Positions 20,293-30,100 of a stretch of 44,856 bases of DNA are shown one piece after another (the first letter of the stretch is position 1; each line of letters opens with the position of its first letter). The translations under genes and the position numbers were made by a program. The notes below the pieces were generated by a model. That model did no database searches. It saw only the letters and a program-made list of their open reading frames with translations, and had not been told where the DNA came from. The stretch is from an uncultured Eubacteriales bacterium (GTDB lineage Bacteria; Bacillota; Clostridia; Caldicoprobacterales; DTU083). The stretch spans positions 1 through 44,856 of the forward strand of contig CAYFSR010000004.1 in NCBI GenBank assembly GCA_964345785.1. The letters are read 5' to 3'.

Positions 20293-20336
20293 TTGCTTTC
20301 TCAGTCGTAATCCGTTCATAATCCTGTTTGATTTTC

Positions 20337-20366
20337 TTGACATTAAGAATAAGTATGACTTATAAT
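20337..20366 (+). promoter_or_regulatory. Sigma-A promoter of rpmH
   Basis: TTGACA (20337-20342), an 18-nt spacer, then TATAAT (20361-20366). Confidence 0.7.
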
Positions 20367-20464
20367 ACTATACGTAGCAGAATGCCGATTCCCTTTTCAT
20401 TGATAAGGGATTATGGTAAAATAAATAATTGTTTGAATTGAAATGGGAAAGGAGGCTGTACATT

Positions 20465-20599
20465 ATGTTACGTACGTATCAGCCGAAAAAACGGCAGAGA
20501 AGTAAGGAACATGGTTTCCGAAAAAGAATGAGCACAAAGAACGGCAGATTGGTGCTTAAGAGAAGAAGGCTAAAGGGTAGAAAGAAACTTTCAGCATAA
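20465..20599 (+). CDS. rpmH: 50S ribosomal protein L34
   Basis: This 44-aa ORF is below the track cutoff. It reads [52 protein letters not shown] lies upstream. Confidence 0.95.
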   Translation: MLRTYQPKKRQRSKEHGFRKRMSTKNGRLVLKRRRLKGRKKLSA

Positions 20600-20621
20600 A
20601 GCCACTATTTAGTGGCTTTTT
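20598..20621 (+). terminator. Hairpin plus T-run between rpmH and rnpA (probably a partial terminator)
   Basis: AGCCACT-ATTT-AGTGGCT followed by TTTTT, immediately after the rpmH stop. Confidence 0.6.
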
Positions 20622-20652
20622 CTACCATGAACTAGCTTTTTGGAGGCACGGG

Positions 20653-20985
20653 GTGGAAAAGAAATATCGACTTAGAAAAAATAAAGATTTTCAATACGCA
20701 TATAAAAAAGGACGATCCTTGGGGCACCCCCTTCTGGTTTTAATTTATCGGAAGACTAGAAATGCAGAAATCAGGATAGGTTATTCCGTTACCAAAAAGT
20801 TTGGAAATGCAGTACAAAGAAACCGAATCAAAAGACAATTACGAGAGATTTTGCGGCTTCAGCTGCCTAGGTTGAAGCAAGGCTACGATGTAATTTTCAT
20901 CGTACGCCGTGAGGCGAAGGGAGCTTCTTATAAAAGCTTGGAGGATGCAGTAAATCAGCTTTTGAAGAGAAGCAATTTAGCTTAA
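20653..20985 (+). CDS. rnpA: Ribonuclease P protein component
   Basis: 110 aa, basic, GTG start after GGAGG. It has the RNR-type motif (AVQRNRIKRQLRE) and the conserved position after rpmH. Confidence 0.92.
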   Translation: MEKKYRLRKNKDFQYAYKKGRSLGHPLLVLIYRKTRNAEIRIGYSVTKKFGNAVQRNRIKRQLREILRLQLPRLKQGYDVIFIVRREAKGASYKSLEDAVNQLLKRSNLA

Positions 20986-21003
20986 GTAAGGTGAAGCGCT
21001 TTA

Positions 21004-21213
21004 ATGAAAAAATTTTTACTGGCTTTGATCCGTGGCTACCGAAAATGGATTTCACCAATATTCCCACCAAGCTGTCGCTTCTATCCAACATGTTCACAAT
21101 ACTCAATGCAGGCAATTGATAAGTATGGGTCAATAAAAGGACTGTATCTTTCCCTAATAAGGGTATTAAAATGCAATCCCCTGCACCCTGGTGGATATGA
21201 CCCATTAAAATAA
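21004..21213 (+). CDS. yidD: Membrane protein insertion efficiency factor YidD
   Basis: 69 aa with YRKWISP...[10 protein letters not shown]...HPGGYDP motifs. Confidence 0.92.
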   Translation: MKKFLLALIRGYRKWISPIFPPSCRFYPTCSQYSMQAIDKYGSIKGLYLSLIRVLKCNPLHPGGYDPLK

Positions 21214-21233
21214 AAGACGGGGGTAATTTAGAA

Positions 21234-22031
21234 ATGAATTTACCGATGATCCTGATGAATGTTGCTCAAGAAACTCAAAAAACCGGTTTATGGGCGTCCT
21301 TTGTTAATTTCTTAAGCAGTATCCTAGAAGGACTAAACAAATTAAGCGGACAAATTCCCGAGCCCTTTGGTGGCTATGGTCTAGCTGTTATCTTGTTTAC
21401 AATACTAATGCGTTTTGTTTTGCTGCCCTTAGACATAAAGTCTAGAAAAGCCAATATGAAAATGCAAGAAATTCAGCCTTTGCTGAATGAAGTAAACCAA
21501 AAATATAAGAATGATCCTGATAAATTAAACAAGAAAACTATGGAACTGTATCAAAAACATCAGGTTAACCCTATGGGAGGGTGTTTACCTATGTTGATAC
21601 AGATGCCTTTATTCTTTGCCATGTTTGCGGCTCTTAGATCTATTTCAGACAGAGAAGTGGCCATGGGATCTGTTAATGCTTTCCTTTGGATTAAGAACAT
21701 TTGGCAACCAGATTCTCCTCTAAAGAGCATTACCGGTGCTCCAATTGGTTTATTTAGCCAAGGCTTTAATGGCTTGTTTATATTACCTCTTTTAGCTGGG
21801 GTAACCTCATATTACCAAATGCAGCTAACACAGCCTAAGGGTGGTAATCAACAAATGAAGGGCTTTACTGCTATTATGCCTTTAATGTCTGTATGGTTCT
21901 GTACTATGTATACAGCGTCATTCGCTATTTATTGGGTAACTGCCAATATATTTCAAATAGCACAATCGTTAATATTGAAGAAGAGATCAGAAGCGAAAGA
22001 ACTGGAAGAAAGGGATGGTGACCAGAAGTGA
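21234..22031 (+). CDS. yidC: YidC/Oxa1-family membrane protein insertase
   Basis: 265 aa and multi-pass. The motifs NPMGGCLPMLIQMPLFFA and IYWVTANIF are typical of Firmicute YidC/SpoIIIJ. Confidence 0.9.
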   Translation: MNLPMILMNVAQETQKTGLWASFVNFLSSILEGLNKLSGQIPEPFGGYGLAVILFTILMRFVLLPLDIKSRKANMKMQEIQPLLNEVNQKYKNDPDKLNKKTMELYQKHQVNPMGGCLPMLIQMPLFFAMFAALRSISDREVAMGSVNAFLWIKNIWQPDSPLKSITGAPIGLFSQGFNGLFILPLLAGVTSYYQMQLTQPKGGNQQMKGFTAIMPLMSVWFCTMYTASFAIYWVTANIFQIAQSLILKKRSEAKELEERDGDQK

Positions 22032-22645
22032 GATCCGTAGAAACCACAGGAAAAACCGTAGAGGATGCGATTCTGGCGGCAGCGATCCAGTTGGCAGTCC
22101 ATAGAGACAAGCTGGAAATAGAAGTGCTTGAAGAGCCGGTTAAAGGGCTATTTGGGTTATTTGGTAACAAGGATGCTAAAATCAAAGCATCTGTTATACA
22201 AACCATGGGGGACAACACCTATTACTTTTTAGAGTCTCTATTTGACAAAATGGGTCTAGAAGCCAAGATAGATTTGACTGAAACTGATGATTCAATCGTG
22301 GTCGAAGTGAGTGGCCCTAAAATGGGTATTTTAATTGGTCACAGAGGTGAAACTCTTGACGCAGTTCAATATCTAACCAATTTAGCTGTAAATCGAGATT
22401 CAGAAAAATATAAACGTGTAGTTATGGATACAGAAAATTATCGAAGAAAGCGGGAAGAAACCCTTGTTAAGTTAGCTAAACGCTTATCAAATAAGGTGCA
22501 AAAAACTAGAAAAAAAGTTGTACTGGAACCTATGAATCCTTTTGAGAGAAGGGTGATTCATTCAACTCTACAAAAAGATCCACGTGTTGTCACACATAGT
22601 GAAGGGGACGAGCCTTATCGTAAGGTCGTTATAAGTTTGAAGTAA
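22028..22645 (+). CDS. jag: Jag/KhpB RNA-binding protein (Jag_N, KH, R3H domains)
   Basis: 205 aa, GTG start overlapping the yidC stop. It has an N-terminal Jag_N domain, a KH region (IGHRGETLDAVQYL) and an R3H region (ERRVIHSTL). Confidence 0.88.
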   Translation: MRSVETTGKTVEDAILAAAIQLAVHRDKLEIEVLEEPVKGLFGLFGNKDAKIKASVIQTMGDNTYYFLESLFDKMGLEAKIDLTETDDSIVVEVSGPKMGILIGHRGETLDAVQYLTNLAVNRDSEKYKRVVMDTENYRRKREETLVKLAKRLSNKVQKTRKKVVLEPMNPFERRVIHSTLQKDPRVVTHSEGDEPYRKVVISLK

Positions 22646-22708
22646 GCTTTATTCGAGCATACAACAATCCCCCGTTTAGTGACATACTAATAGGTTTTAA
22701 GCTTAGAG

Positions 22709-22734
22709 AACCCAGTGGCAATACTGGGTTTTTA
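22709..22734 (+). terminator. Rho-independent terminator after jag
   Basis: AACCCAGT-GGCAAT-ACTGGGTT followed by TTT. Confidence 0.8.
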
Positions 22735-22872
22735 AATTTTTGCCTGGTAGTTACTATTAAAAGATAGGAGATTAAAATGATAAATATTCATATTATTTAT
22801 TATTTTATGGCTATAGTTATAACTATTACAAACAGGTGTTAATCAGGATACTAAATTAGAAGGATGAAACGA

Positions 22873-24252
22873 ATGATTACTGAAGATACAATCGTAGCTC
22901 TGGCAACTCCTCCCGGAGAAGGCGGAATTGCTGTAATTCGATTAAGCGGTTCAGACTCCTTACAGATCGCCAAAAAGTTATATGTTAATGCTAAACGAGA
23001 AAAGCAAAACCAGTTTAATGATAGGTATCTGCAATATGGTTATATTCTGGACAAAACTCAAAATATAGTGGATGAAGTTTTAATGGTGTATATGAAGGCA
23101 CCAAGAACTTATACAAGGGAAGATGTTGTTGAAATTCATTGTCATGGCGGTATGATTCCCGTTCAAAAGATAATAGATCTGACCTTGGAGGAAGGTGCCA
23201 GACTGGCACAACCAGGCGAGTTTACGAAAAGAGCCTTTCTTAACGGACGAGTTGACCTGGCACAAGCAGAAGCTGTTATGGACCTGATTTCATCAAAGTC
23301 GGAAGATGCTGCGAGGGCTTCACTTAGTCAAATGGAAGGCAGCTTATCAAGAAAGATTAAGGCCCTTAGGGATGACTTACTTAACTTAATGGCCAGAATA
23401 GAAGTTACAGTTGATTATCCAGAAGAAGACATAGAGGAAATGCTTAGGAGTCCCATCGAAGAACGATTGATAAAGGCTAGAAATGATTGTCTTCACCTGC
23501 TGAAAACTGCACATCAGGGGCGTTTAGTTCGCGAAGGCTTAAAAGTAGTTATTATAGGAAAACCAAACGTAGGAAAATCATCTTTATTAAATGCTTTGGT
23601 TAGAGAAAATAGGGCAATAGTGACTGATATACCGGGTACTACTAGGGATGTAATTGAAGATTATATAAATATTAGAGGTGTCCTGGTTCGAATAATTGAT
23701 ACAGCGGGAATTAGAGAGACCATGGATCAGGTAGAAAAAATTGGTGTAGAAAAGTCAAAAGAACTTACCCAAGATGCAGATCTGATATTATTATTACTAG
23801 ATGCCTCTAGTCCTTTAGAAAAAGAGGATAGGGAAATTCTGCAATGGTTAGCTGATAGACGAGTTTTAATACTGTTAAATAAGGCAGACAGGCCTTCAGT
23901 TATAGAGGAAGATGAAATCCGAAGCCTAACAAACAACACCATCATTTGGACCTCTATGATGGAGGGCACTGGATTAGAAGAAGTAGAAGATTATATTTAT
24001 AATATGGTTTATTCGGGTAGTGTAGGACCTAAAAATTCAGCCATGATTACAAACAACCGGCATAAGGAAGCCTTAATTCGTGGGCAAAACCATCTGGGAG
24101 AGGCTTTGAAGACTATGGATGCTTTTATGCCCTTAGACATAGTTACTATAGATATAAGGGATGCTTGGGAGGCCTTAGGTGAAATAACCGGAGAAAGCCT
24201 TACAGAAAATTTAGTTGATAAAATATTTATGGAATTCTGCTTAGGAAAGTAG
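22873..24252 (+). CDS. mnmE: tRNA modification GTPase MnmE
   Basis: G-domain motifs [12 protein letters not shown] and DTAGIR, plus the C-terminal FCLGK. ATG 22873 has better RBS spacing than the track start at 22864. Confidence 0.95.
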   Translation: MITEDTIVALATPPGEGGIAVIRLSGSDSLQIAKKLYVNAKREKQNQFNDRYLQYGYILDKTQNIVDEVLMVYMKAPRTYTREDVVEIHCHGGMIPVQKIIDLTLEEGARLAQPGEFTKRAFLNGRVDLAQAEAVMDLISSKSEDAARASLSQMEGSLSRKIKALRDDLLNLMARIEVTVDYPEEDIEEMLRSPIEERLIKARNDCLHLLKTAHQGRLVREGLKVVIIGKPNVGKSSLLNALVRENRAIVTDIPGTTRDVIEDYINIRGVLVRIIDTAGIRETMDQVEKIGVEKSKELTQDADLILLLLDASSPLEKEDREILQWLADRRVLILLNKADRPSVIEEDEIRSLTNNTIIWTSMMEGTGLEEVEDYIYNMVYSGSVGPKNSAMITNNRHKEALIRGQNHLGEALKTMDAFMPLDIVTIDIRDAWEALGEITGESLTENLVDKIFMEFCLGK

Positions 24253-24259
24253 GGGGAAA

Positions 24260-26170
24260 ATGGAGTTTCAAGCAGGAAGATACGATATAATTGTAGTAGG
24301 AGCAGGCCATGCAGGATGTGAAGCAGCTTTGGCTTCAGCTAGACTGGGTATGAAAACCCTGGTGGTTGCTCTAAACTTAGAAGCAGTTGCACTTATGGCT
24401 TGTAACCCCTCTATTGGCGGCACTTCAAAAGGTCATCTTGTAAGAGAAGTGGATGCATTAGGGGGGGAAATGGGCTTAAATATAGATAAATCCTTTATCC
24501 AAATTCGAATGCTGAATACAGGCAAGGGGCCAGCAGTACATTCTCTTAGAGCTCAGGCAGATAAAATTCAATATCAAAGAGAAATGAAGCTGACCTTGGA
24601 AAACCAGGAAAATCTTACCCTAAGTCAAGGTGAAGTAGAAGAGATTCGTACTAGCGGAGGAAGAATAACTAGTGTTCGACTGGCTACTGGGGAAATATAC
24701 GAATGTAATGCTGCTATAATTGCTTCTGGTGTATATTTGAAAAGCCGCATTATCATAGGAGAATACACTGCTGATAGCGGGCCAAACGGCCTGTTTCCGG
24801 CTAATAAATTGTCTGAAAACCTAATAGGTTTAGGCTTTCCTTTAAGACGATTTAAGACGGGCACACCTGCCCGGGTCAATAAGAAGTCCCTAGATTTTAG
24901 CAAAATGACTATTCAGCCTGGTGACACAAAAGATTATGCTTTTTCATTTTTGAATAAGCCAATTAATCGGGAGCAAGTTCCTTGTTGGTTGACTTATACT
25001 AATGATAATACCCACCAGATAATACGTGAAAATCTTCACCGATCTCCCCTCTATTCGGGAAATATAAAGGGTGTAGGTGCTCGTTATTGCCCTTCTATTG
25101 AAGATAAGGTAGTTCGTTTCCACGAGAAGAATAGTCATCAGATTTTTATCGAGCCTGAAGGGCTTCATACAAATGAAATGTATGTACAGGGATTGTCTTC
25201 CAGCCTACCTGTAGAGGTACAAAGGGCAGTTTATCGCACCATTCCTGGAATGGAAAATGTTGAGATTATGAGGCCTGCTTATGCCATAGAGTATGACTGT
25301 ATAGATTCTACACAGTTAAAACTGTCACTTGAGTCCAAGGATATCCAAGGATTGTTTTTTGCCGGCCAGATTAATGGCAGTTCTGGATATGAGGAGGCTG
25401 CGGCCCAAGGCTTGATTGCTGGTATAAATGCTGTACAATTTATAAAGCAGGAAGAGCCACTTGTATTGGATAGGTCAGATGCCTATATAGGAGTATTAAT
25501 CGATGATCTTGTAACAAAAGGTACACCTGAGCCTTATAGAATGATGACATCTCGGGCAGAATACCGATTGTTGCTGCGACAAGATAATGCGGATATGCGA
25601 TTAACAGAAAAAGGACATAACATGGGGCTAACTGGTGATGTTCGATATAGCAATTTGATGAAAAAGGAAGAAGCAATTGATAAAGGTTTGAAAAGATTGC
25701 AGGAAATAATAATTCCGCCTACCAAGCAAACCAATGAGTATTTAGAGAGCATAGATTCCTCTGTATTACAGACAGGGATAGCCCTGTATGACCTTCTAAA
25801 ACGTCCAGAATTAAAATACTCAGACATAGTTAGGATAAGCGCCCTTAATAAGGGTAATGAGGTGCAGAGTGAAGAAGAATCTCCTGAGGTACAGGAACAA
25901 ATAGAGATTCATATTAAATACGAGGGTTATATAAAGAAACAACTAAACCAGGTAGAGCGATTTAAGAAGACCGAAAACTTGAGAATACCTAAAGATATGG
26001 ATTACAGTCAGGTAACGGGATTGAAAACTGAATCTATGCAGAAGCTGCATAATACACAGCCTGAAAATATGGGTCAAGCTTCCCGAATCAGTGGCGTATC
26101 TCCTGCCGACATATCAGTTTTGATGGTGTTCCTGGAAAAGCGCAGACGGGAGAAAAAGAGTAATGTTTGA
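24260..26170 (+). CDS. mnmG: tRNA uridine 5-carboxymethylaminomethyl modification enzyme MnmG
   Basis: 636 aa with the FAD motif [12 protein letters not shown] and a conserved GidA core. Confidence 0.96.
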   Translation: MEFQAGRYDIIVVGAGHAGCEAALASARLGMKTLVVALNLEAVALMACNPSIGGTSKGHLVREVDALGGEMGLNIDKSFIQIRMLNTGKGPAVHSLRAQADKIQYQREMKLTLENQENLTLSQGEVEEIRTSGGRITSVRLATGEIYECNAAIIASGVYLKSRIIIGEYTADSGPNGLFPANKLSENLIGLGFPLRRFKTGTPARVNKKSLDFSKMTIQPGDTKDYAFSFLNKPINREQVPCWLTYTNDNTHQIIRENLHRSPLYSGNIKGVGARYCPSIEDKVVRFHEKNSHQIFIEPEGLHTNEMYVQGLSSSLPVEVQRAVYRTIPGMENVEIMRPAYAIEYDCIDSTQLKLSLESKDIQGLFFAGQINGSSGYEEAAAQGLIAGINAVQFIKQEEPLVLDRSDAYIGVLIDDLVTKGTPEPYRMMTSRAEYRLLLRQDNADMRLTEKGHNMGLTGDVRYSNLMKKEEAIDKGLKRLQEIIIPPTKQTNEYLESIDSSVLQTGIALYDLLKRPELKYSDIVRISALNKGNEVQSEEESPEVQEQIEIHIKYEGYIKKQLNQVERFKKTENLRIPKDMDYSQVTGLKTESMQKLHNTQPENMGQASRISGVSPADISVLMVFLEKRRREKKSNV

Positions 26171-26879
26171 TATGCAGTTCTTAATAGATGGATGCTCACA
26201 AATGGGAATTGAGCTTAATGAAAAACAACTATCCCTATTCAGTAGGTATCTAGAGCTGTTACTTGAGTGGAATCAAAAGTTTAACTTAACAGCCATTAAA
26301 GAGCCTAAGGAAATTATAGTTCAACACTTTTTAGATTCTATTTCCACTATTAAGCTAAATGAAATGGAAGACCAATTCAAGGCTTTAGATATGGGATCCG
26401 GCGCTGGTTTTCCTGGTATTCCTCTTAAGATTATGAAACCACAGCTAAGATTAAGCTTAGTGGATTCTGTTAAAAAAAAGGTTGGTTTCTTAAATGAAGT
26501 AATTGAGCAGTTGGGGCTGGAAGATACGGTTGCTATCCATGCCAGAGCAGAAGATTTAGCAAATATGGAAGAACAACGAGAAGCATATGACATAGTAGTT
26601 TCAAGGGCGGTAGCTGAGCTCCGGGTTTTAGCAGAATTTTGTTTACCCTTTATAAGAAAAGGCGGTTACTTTATATCTCATAAAGGACCAGGTGCAACAG
26701 AAGAGCTGGAGCTAGCTAACAAGGCTATCATATTATTAGGTGGAACATGGTTGAAGACTGTTGAAGCAGATATCCCTTTTTCAGAAAGAACTCACAAATT
26801 AATAGTCATCAAAAAAATTCACTTTACTCCAGTAAAATATCCACGAAGTCCAGGTAAACCGAAAAAAGAACCCTTATAG
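26163..26879 (+). CDS. rsmG: 16S rRNA (guanine527-N7)-methyltransferase RsmG
   Basis: 238 aa with the SAM-binding motif [12 protein letters not shown]. It overlaps the mnmG stop. Confidence 0.93.
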   Translation: MFDMQFLIDGCSQMGIELNEKQLSLFSRYLELLLEWNQKFNLTAIKEPKEIIVQHFLDSISTIKLNEMEDQFKALDMGSGAGFPGIPLKIMKPQLRLSLVDSVKKKVGFLNEVIEQLGLEDTVAIHARAEDLANMEEQREAYDIVVSRAVAELRVLAEFCLPFIRKGGYFISHKGPGATEELELANKAIILLGGTWLKTVEADIPFSERTHKLIVIKKIHFTPVKYPRSPGKPKKEPL

Positions 26880-26884
26880 AGAAG

Positions 26885-26911
26885 AAAACCGCTAAGAAGT
26901 TAGCGGTTTTT
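26885..26911 (+). terminator. Rho-independent terminator after rsmG
   Basis: AAAACCGCTAA-GAAG-TTAGCGGTTTT is an 11-bp perfect stem ending in a T-run. Confidence 0.85.
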
Positions 26912-27076
26912 GTTATTTAATAGGGAAAAATATAGAAGAAATAGGAAAAACGATGAAAAACCAAGTAATGCAACGTAAAAATAATGTAGAAGCAGGTAAG
27001 TAAATATAATACAGTAAAAAGAAGGAATATGATAAAATACAGCGAATTGTATCTATAACAGTTTGGAGGGATACTT

Positions 27077-27945
27077 ATGCGAAAAATAATTAGTATAAAC
27101 GGAAGCAATCCAAGAGAAGAAGACTACCAATCAAAGCGAATCGAAAATATCCCTATTCATAGGATTAAGCCTAATCCCTACCAACCAAGGAAAAGTTTTT
27201 CAGTAAACGGATTAGAGGAATTAGCTCAGTCCATTCGACAATATGGAGTAATTCAACCTATAGCTGTAAGGAAATCTACTCAAGATAGTTATGAGTTAAT
27301 TGCAGGTGAAAGAAGGCTTCGTGCAGCAAAGCTTGCAGGCTTCGACTATATACCTGCTATCATAATGAACACATACGAGCAGGATTCTGCAATTATGGCC
27401 ATGATTGAGCATCTACAGAGAGAAAATCTTCATTACCTGGAAGAAGCTAAAGGCTATGCCAGCCTGATTGAAGACCACGATTTTACACAAGAGGAGCTGG
27501 CTATAAAATTAGGTAAGAATCAATCCACAATAGCCAATAAGCTTAGAATATTAAAACTGTCCAATGAAATAAAGGATGTTTTAATCAGAGAAAAGCTTAC
27601 TGAGCGTCATGCCAGGGCTCTATTGAAACTGCCTGATGATGAATCTAGGATGCAGGCAGTAAGACAGGTTATAGATAACAAATTAAATGTTAGAGATACA
27701 GAAGAAGTTGTAGATTATTTTATACAAGAAGCAACAAAAAAACAAAAAAAATCAGTAATAAAATGGAAGATACATTAAAAAAGACACAAAACAAGATCTT
27801 CAAACGTACTAAGGATATAAGAATTTTCATTAATACGATAAAGAATGCAGTTAATTTGTTAAAGACCTACGGTATGGCGGTACAATACTACCAAAATGAT
27901 AAAGGGGACAATATTGAAATTGTAATTACAATACCAAAGAGCTAA
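27077..27945 (+). pseudogene. noc: Nucleoid occlusion protein / ParB paralogue, split by a 1-nt frameshift in an A7-C-A8 tract
   Basis: ORF 27077-27778 carries the ParB N-domain (AGERRLRAAKLAG) and the HTH. ORF 27763-27945, in the -1 frame, carries a Noc/ParB-type C-terminal domain (KDIRIFINTIKNAV...IEIVITIPK). The second frame is open back to 27694 and the frames cross at AAAAAAACAAAAAAAA (27736-27751). Confidence 0.75.
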
Positions 27946-28365
27946 TACAAAGTAAATATAAACAGCCCAACCAGTAAACTATATAAGAATTACAGTAAAA
28001 TTATCTCCATTAAAATGTTGATGTTTATATAAAATCAAATAATGTCACTTTTGAGTAAGATCAAATAGGAGACATTATTTAGTTTCTCATTTTTTACTTA
28101 ATCTTCATTTTCATATCTAAATAATAAAATTATAATATTATTTAGATATAACTATCCATACAATATAATACTTGCAAATAATAGAAAATCACAGCAGAAT
28201 CATTTCATTATCGTAACAAAGAGGAGATTATTTAATAAAAATATCCGAATAACTGTTAATAGTAATACATATACACTATATTTCACCACAAAGTATAACT
28301 TAGGCCTTTCATGAAATGACTATATCCACTATAATAGAAGTAACACAAAAAAAGGGGTGCGATAT

Positions 28366-29151
28366 ATGTCCAGTATAATTGCCATTGCCAATCAGAAGGG
28401 CGGTGTTGGCAAAACAACAACAAATGTAAATTTAAGTGCATGTTTAGCTGCACTTGGTAAGAAGGTTCTAACAATTGATATCGATCCACAGGGTAATACA
28501 ACAAGTGGCCTAGGAGTTGATAAAAACAAGGTGGATAAATCCATCTATGATGTAATCATTAATGGTGTACCTGCGAAGGACACAATCATACATACTGATT
28601 ATGATAACTTGGATATTATCGTGTCTAAAATAGAGCTAGCCGGAGCTGAAATAGAGTTAGTTCCAATGATGGCTAGAGAAACCATATTAAAGCGAGCTTT
28701 AGAAGATATTAGAGATGATTATGATTATATTTTTATCGATTGTCCACCTTCTCTTGGGTTAATAACCATTAACTCGCTTACGGCAGCCGACAAGCTTCTT
28801 GTACCAATACAATGTGAATATTATGCATTGGAAGGGCTGACTCAATTACTCAGCACATTTGATTTAGTTAGAAAGAACCTTAACCCTAAGCTGGAAATTG
28901 TAGGCGTAGTACTTACAATGTTTGATTCCAGAACTAACTTGGCCATACAAGTAGTTGATGAGGTAAAGCGACATTTTAGGAATAAGGTGTATACAACTAT
29001 CATCCCTAGAAATGTTAGGCTTGGAGAAGCGCCAAGTCATGGTATGCCTGTTATCGCCTATGATCCTAAGTGTGCAGGTGCAGAGGCGTACATGGATTTA
29101 GCACAAGAAATTATAGACAATGAGGAGGAAGATGACGATTGGCTAATGTAA
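28366..29151 (+). CDS. soj: Chromosome partitioning ATPase Soj/ParA
   Basis: It has the deviant Walker A motif NQKGGVGKTTT and is about 261 aa. ATG 28366 lies 8 nt after an AAGGGG RBS. Confidence 0.95.
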   Translation: MSSIIAIANQKGGVGKTTTNVNLSACLAALGKKVLTIDIDPQGNTTSGLGVDKNKVDKSIYDVIINGVPAKDTIIHTDYDNLDIIVSKIELAGAEIELVPMMARETILKRALEDIRDDYDYIFIDCPPSLGLITINSLTAADKLLVPIQCEYYALEGLTQLLSTFDLVRKNLNPKLEIVGVVLTMFDSRTNLAIQVVDEVKRHFRNKVYTTIIPRNVRLGEAPSHGMPVIAYDPKCAGAEAYMDLAQEIIDNEEEDDDWLM

Positions 29152-29999
29152 AAAAGGGCTTAGGCAGGGGCTTAGATGCTTTATTTGAAAGCTATAAAGA
29201 TGAATCAGACCAGGCTAATGACGATCACTCAAAAGTACAGGAAATATCAATAACTAGTATAGACCCAAATCCTAATCAAGCAAGATCAAAGTTTGATGAT
29301 GAAAAGATTAAGGAATTAGCTGATTCCATACGGATTCATGGAGTAGTACAACCCATAATTGTCACCTCTAAAGGAAACCGATATCAAATTGTTGCTGGAG
29401 AACGCAGATGGCGTGCTTCTAGGGTAGCTAATAGAGATACAATCCCTGCAATAGTCGTGGAAATTGATGAGAAGCAATCCATTGAGATAGGCTTAATTGA
29501 AAATCTTCAAAGAGAAGATTTAAATCCTATAGAAGAAGCAAAGGGTGTACAGGTTTTGGTTGACAGACTGAAGCTTACACAAGAAGATGCTGCCAAACGC
29601 TTAGGAAAGAGCCGGCCTGCAGTAGCAAACGCTTTACGTCTCTTACAGCTTTCGGAAAAGATACAAAATCTCCTAACAGAAAACAAATTATCTGCTGGTC
29701 ATGCCAGGGCTTTATTGGCTTTGTCTGATGATTCATTGAGAGAAGCAATAGCCAATACAATAGTAGAAAAGGATCTAAGTGTAAGAGAAACAGAGAGCTT
29801 GATTCAGAATTTAAACAAGAAAGAAAAGAAAAATAGAGTCAAAGAAAAGCCAAGTTATATTATAGAAATAGAATCAGAGCTTGAAGAGTCTTTAGGAACC
29901 AGAGTTCAAATCAAACCTGGGGCTAAGAAGGGTATTATAGAGATCGAATATTACAGCAATGAGGACTTGGAAAGAATCATGGAGAGAGTAAATAAGTAA
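29139..29999 (+). CDS. spo0J: Chromosome partitioning protein Spo0J/ParB
   Basis: 286 aa, TTG start overlapping the soj stop. Motifs include GLGRGLDALF, the CTPase/arginine patch AGERRWRA and an HTH. Confidence 0.95.
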   Translation: MANVKKGLGRGLDALFESYKDESDQANDDHSKVQEISITSIDPNPNQARSKFDDEKIKELADSIRIHGVVQPIIVTSKGNRYQIVAGERRWRASRVANRDTIPAIVVEIDEKQSIEIGLIENLQREDLNPIEEAKGVQVLVDRLKLTQEDAAKRLGKSRPAVANALRLLQLSEKIQNLLTENKLSAGHARALLALSDDSLREAIANTIVEKDLSVRETESLIQNLNKKEKKNRVKEKPSYIIEIESELEESLGTRVQIKPGAKKGIIEIEYYSNEDLERIMERVNK

Positions 30000-30052
30000 G
30001 ATATATTTAGTATAGCTAGAGGTGTTCAAAGTTATTTTGATTTAATAGAAAA

Positions 30053-30068
30053 TGTTTCACGTGAAACA
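30053..30068. promoter_or_regulatory. parS: parS site 1 (perfect consensus)
   Basis: TGTTTCACGTGAAACA is an exact 16-bp palindrome matching the Firmicute parS consensus. Confidence 0.9.
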
Positions 30069-30079
30069 ATTTAGCACAA

Positions 30080-30095
30080 TGTTTCACGTGAAACA
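30080..30095. promoter_or_regulatory. parS: parS site 2 (perfect consensus)
   Basis: A second exact TGTTTCACGTGAAACA lies 27 bp centre to centre from site 1. It is followed by TTTTTT and may double as a bidirectional terminator. Confidence 0.9.
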
Positions 30096-30100
30096 TTTTT

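Noticed and set aside
22576-22596. CACGTG-containing sequence inside jag as an additional parS
   Set aside because: The flanks (AGATCCAC / GTGTTGTC) match the parS half-sites TGTTTCAC / GTGAAACA poorly, and only the central hexamer is shared.
26917-27108. 63-aa minus-strand ORF between rsmG and noc
   Set aside because: It is a Phe/Ile/Tyr-rich translation of AT-rich spacer, runs into the noc start and has no RBS. I consider it spurious.
27763-27945. Independent 60-aa gene downstream of noc
   Set aside because: Its sequence is the C-terminal domain of Noc/ParB in a shifted frame, and the frame is open upstream of its ATG. I treat it as part of a frameshifted noc.
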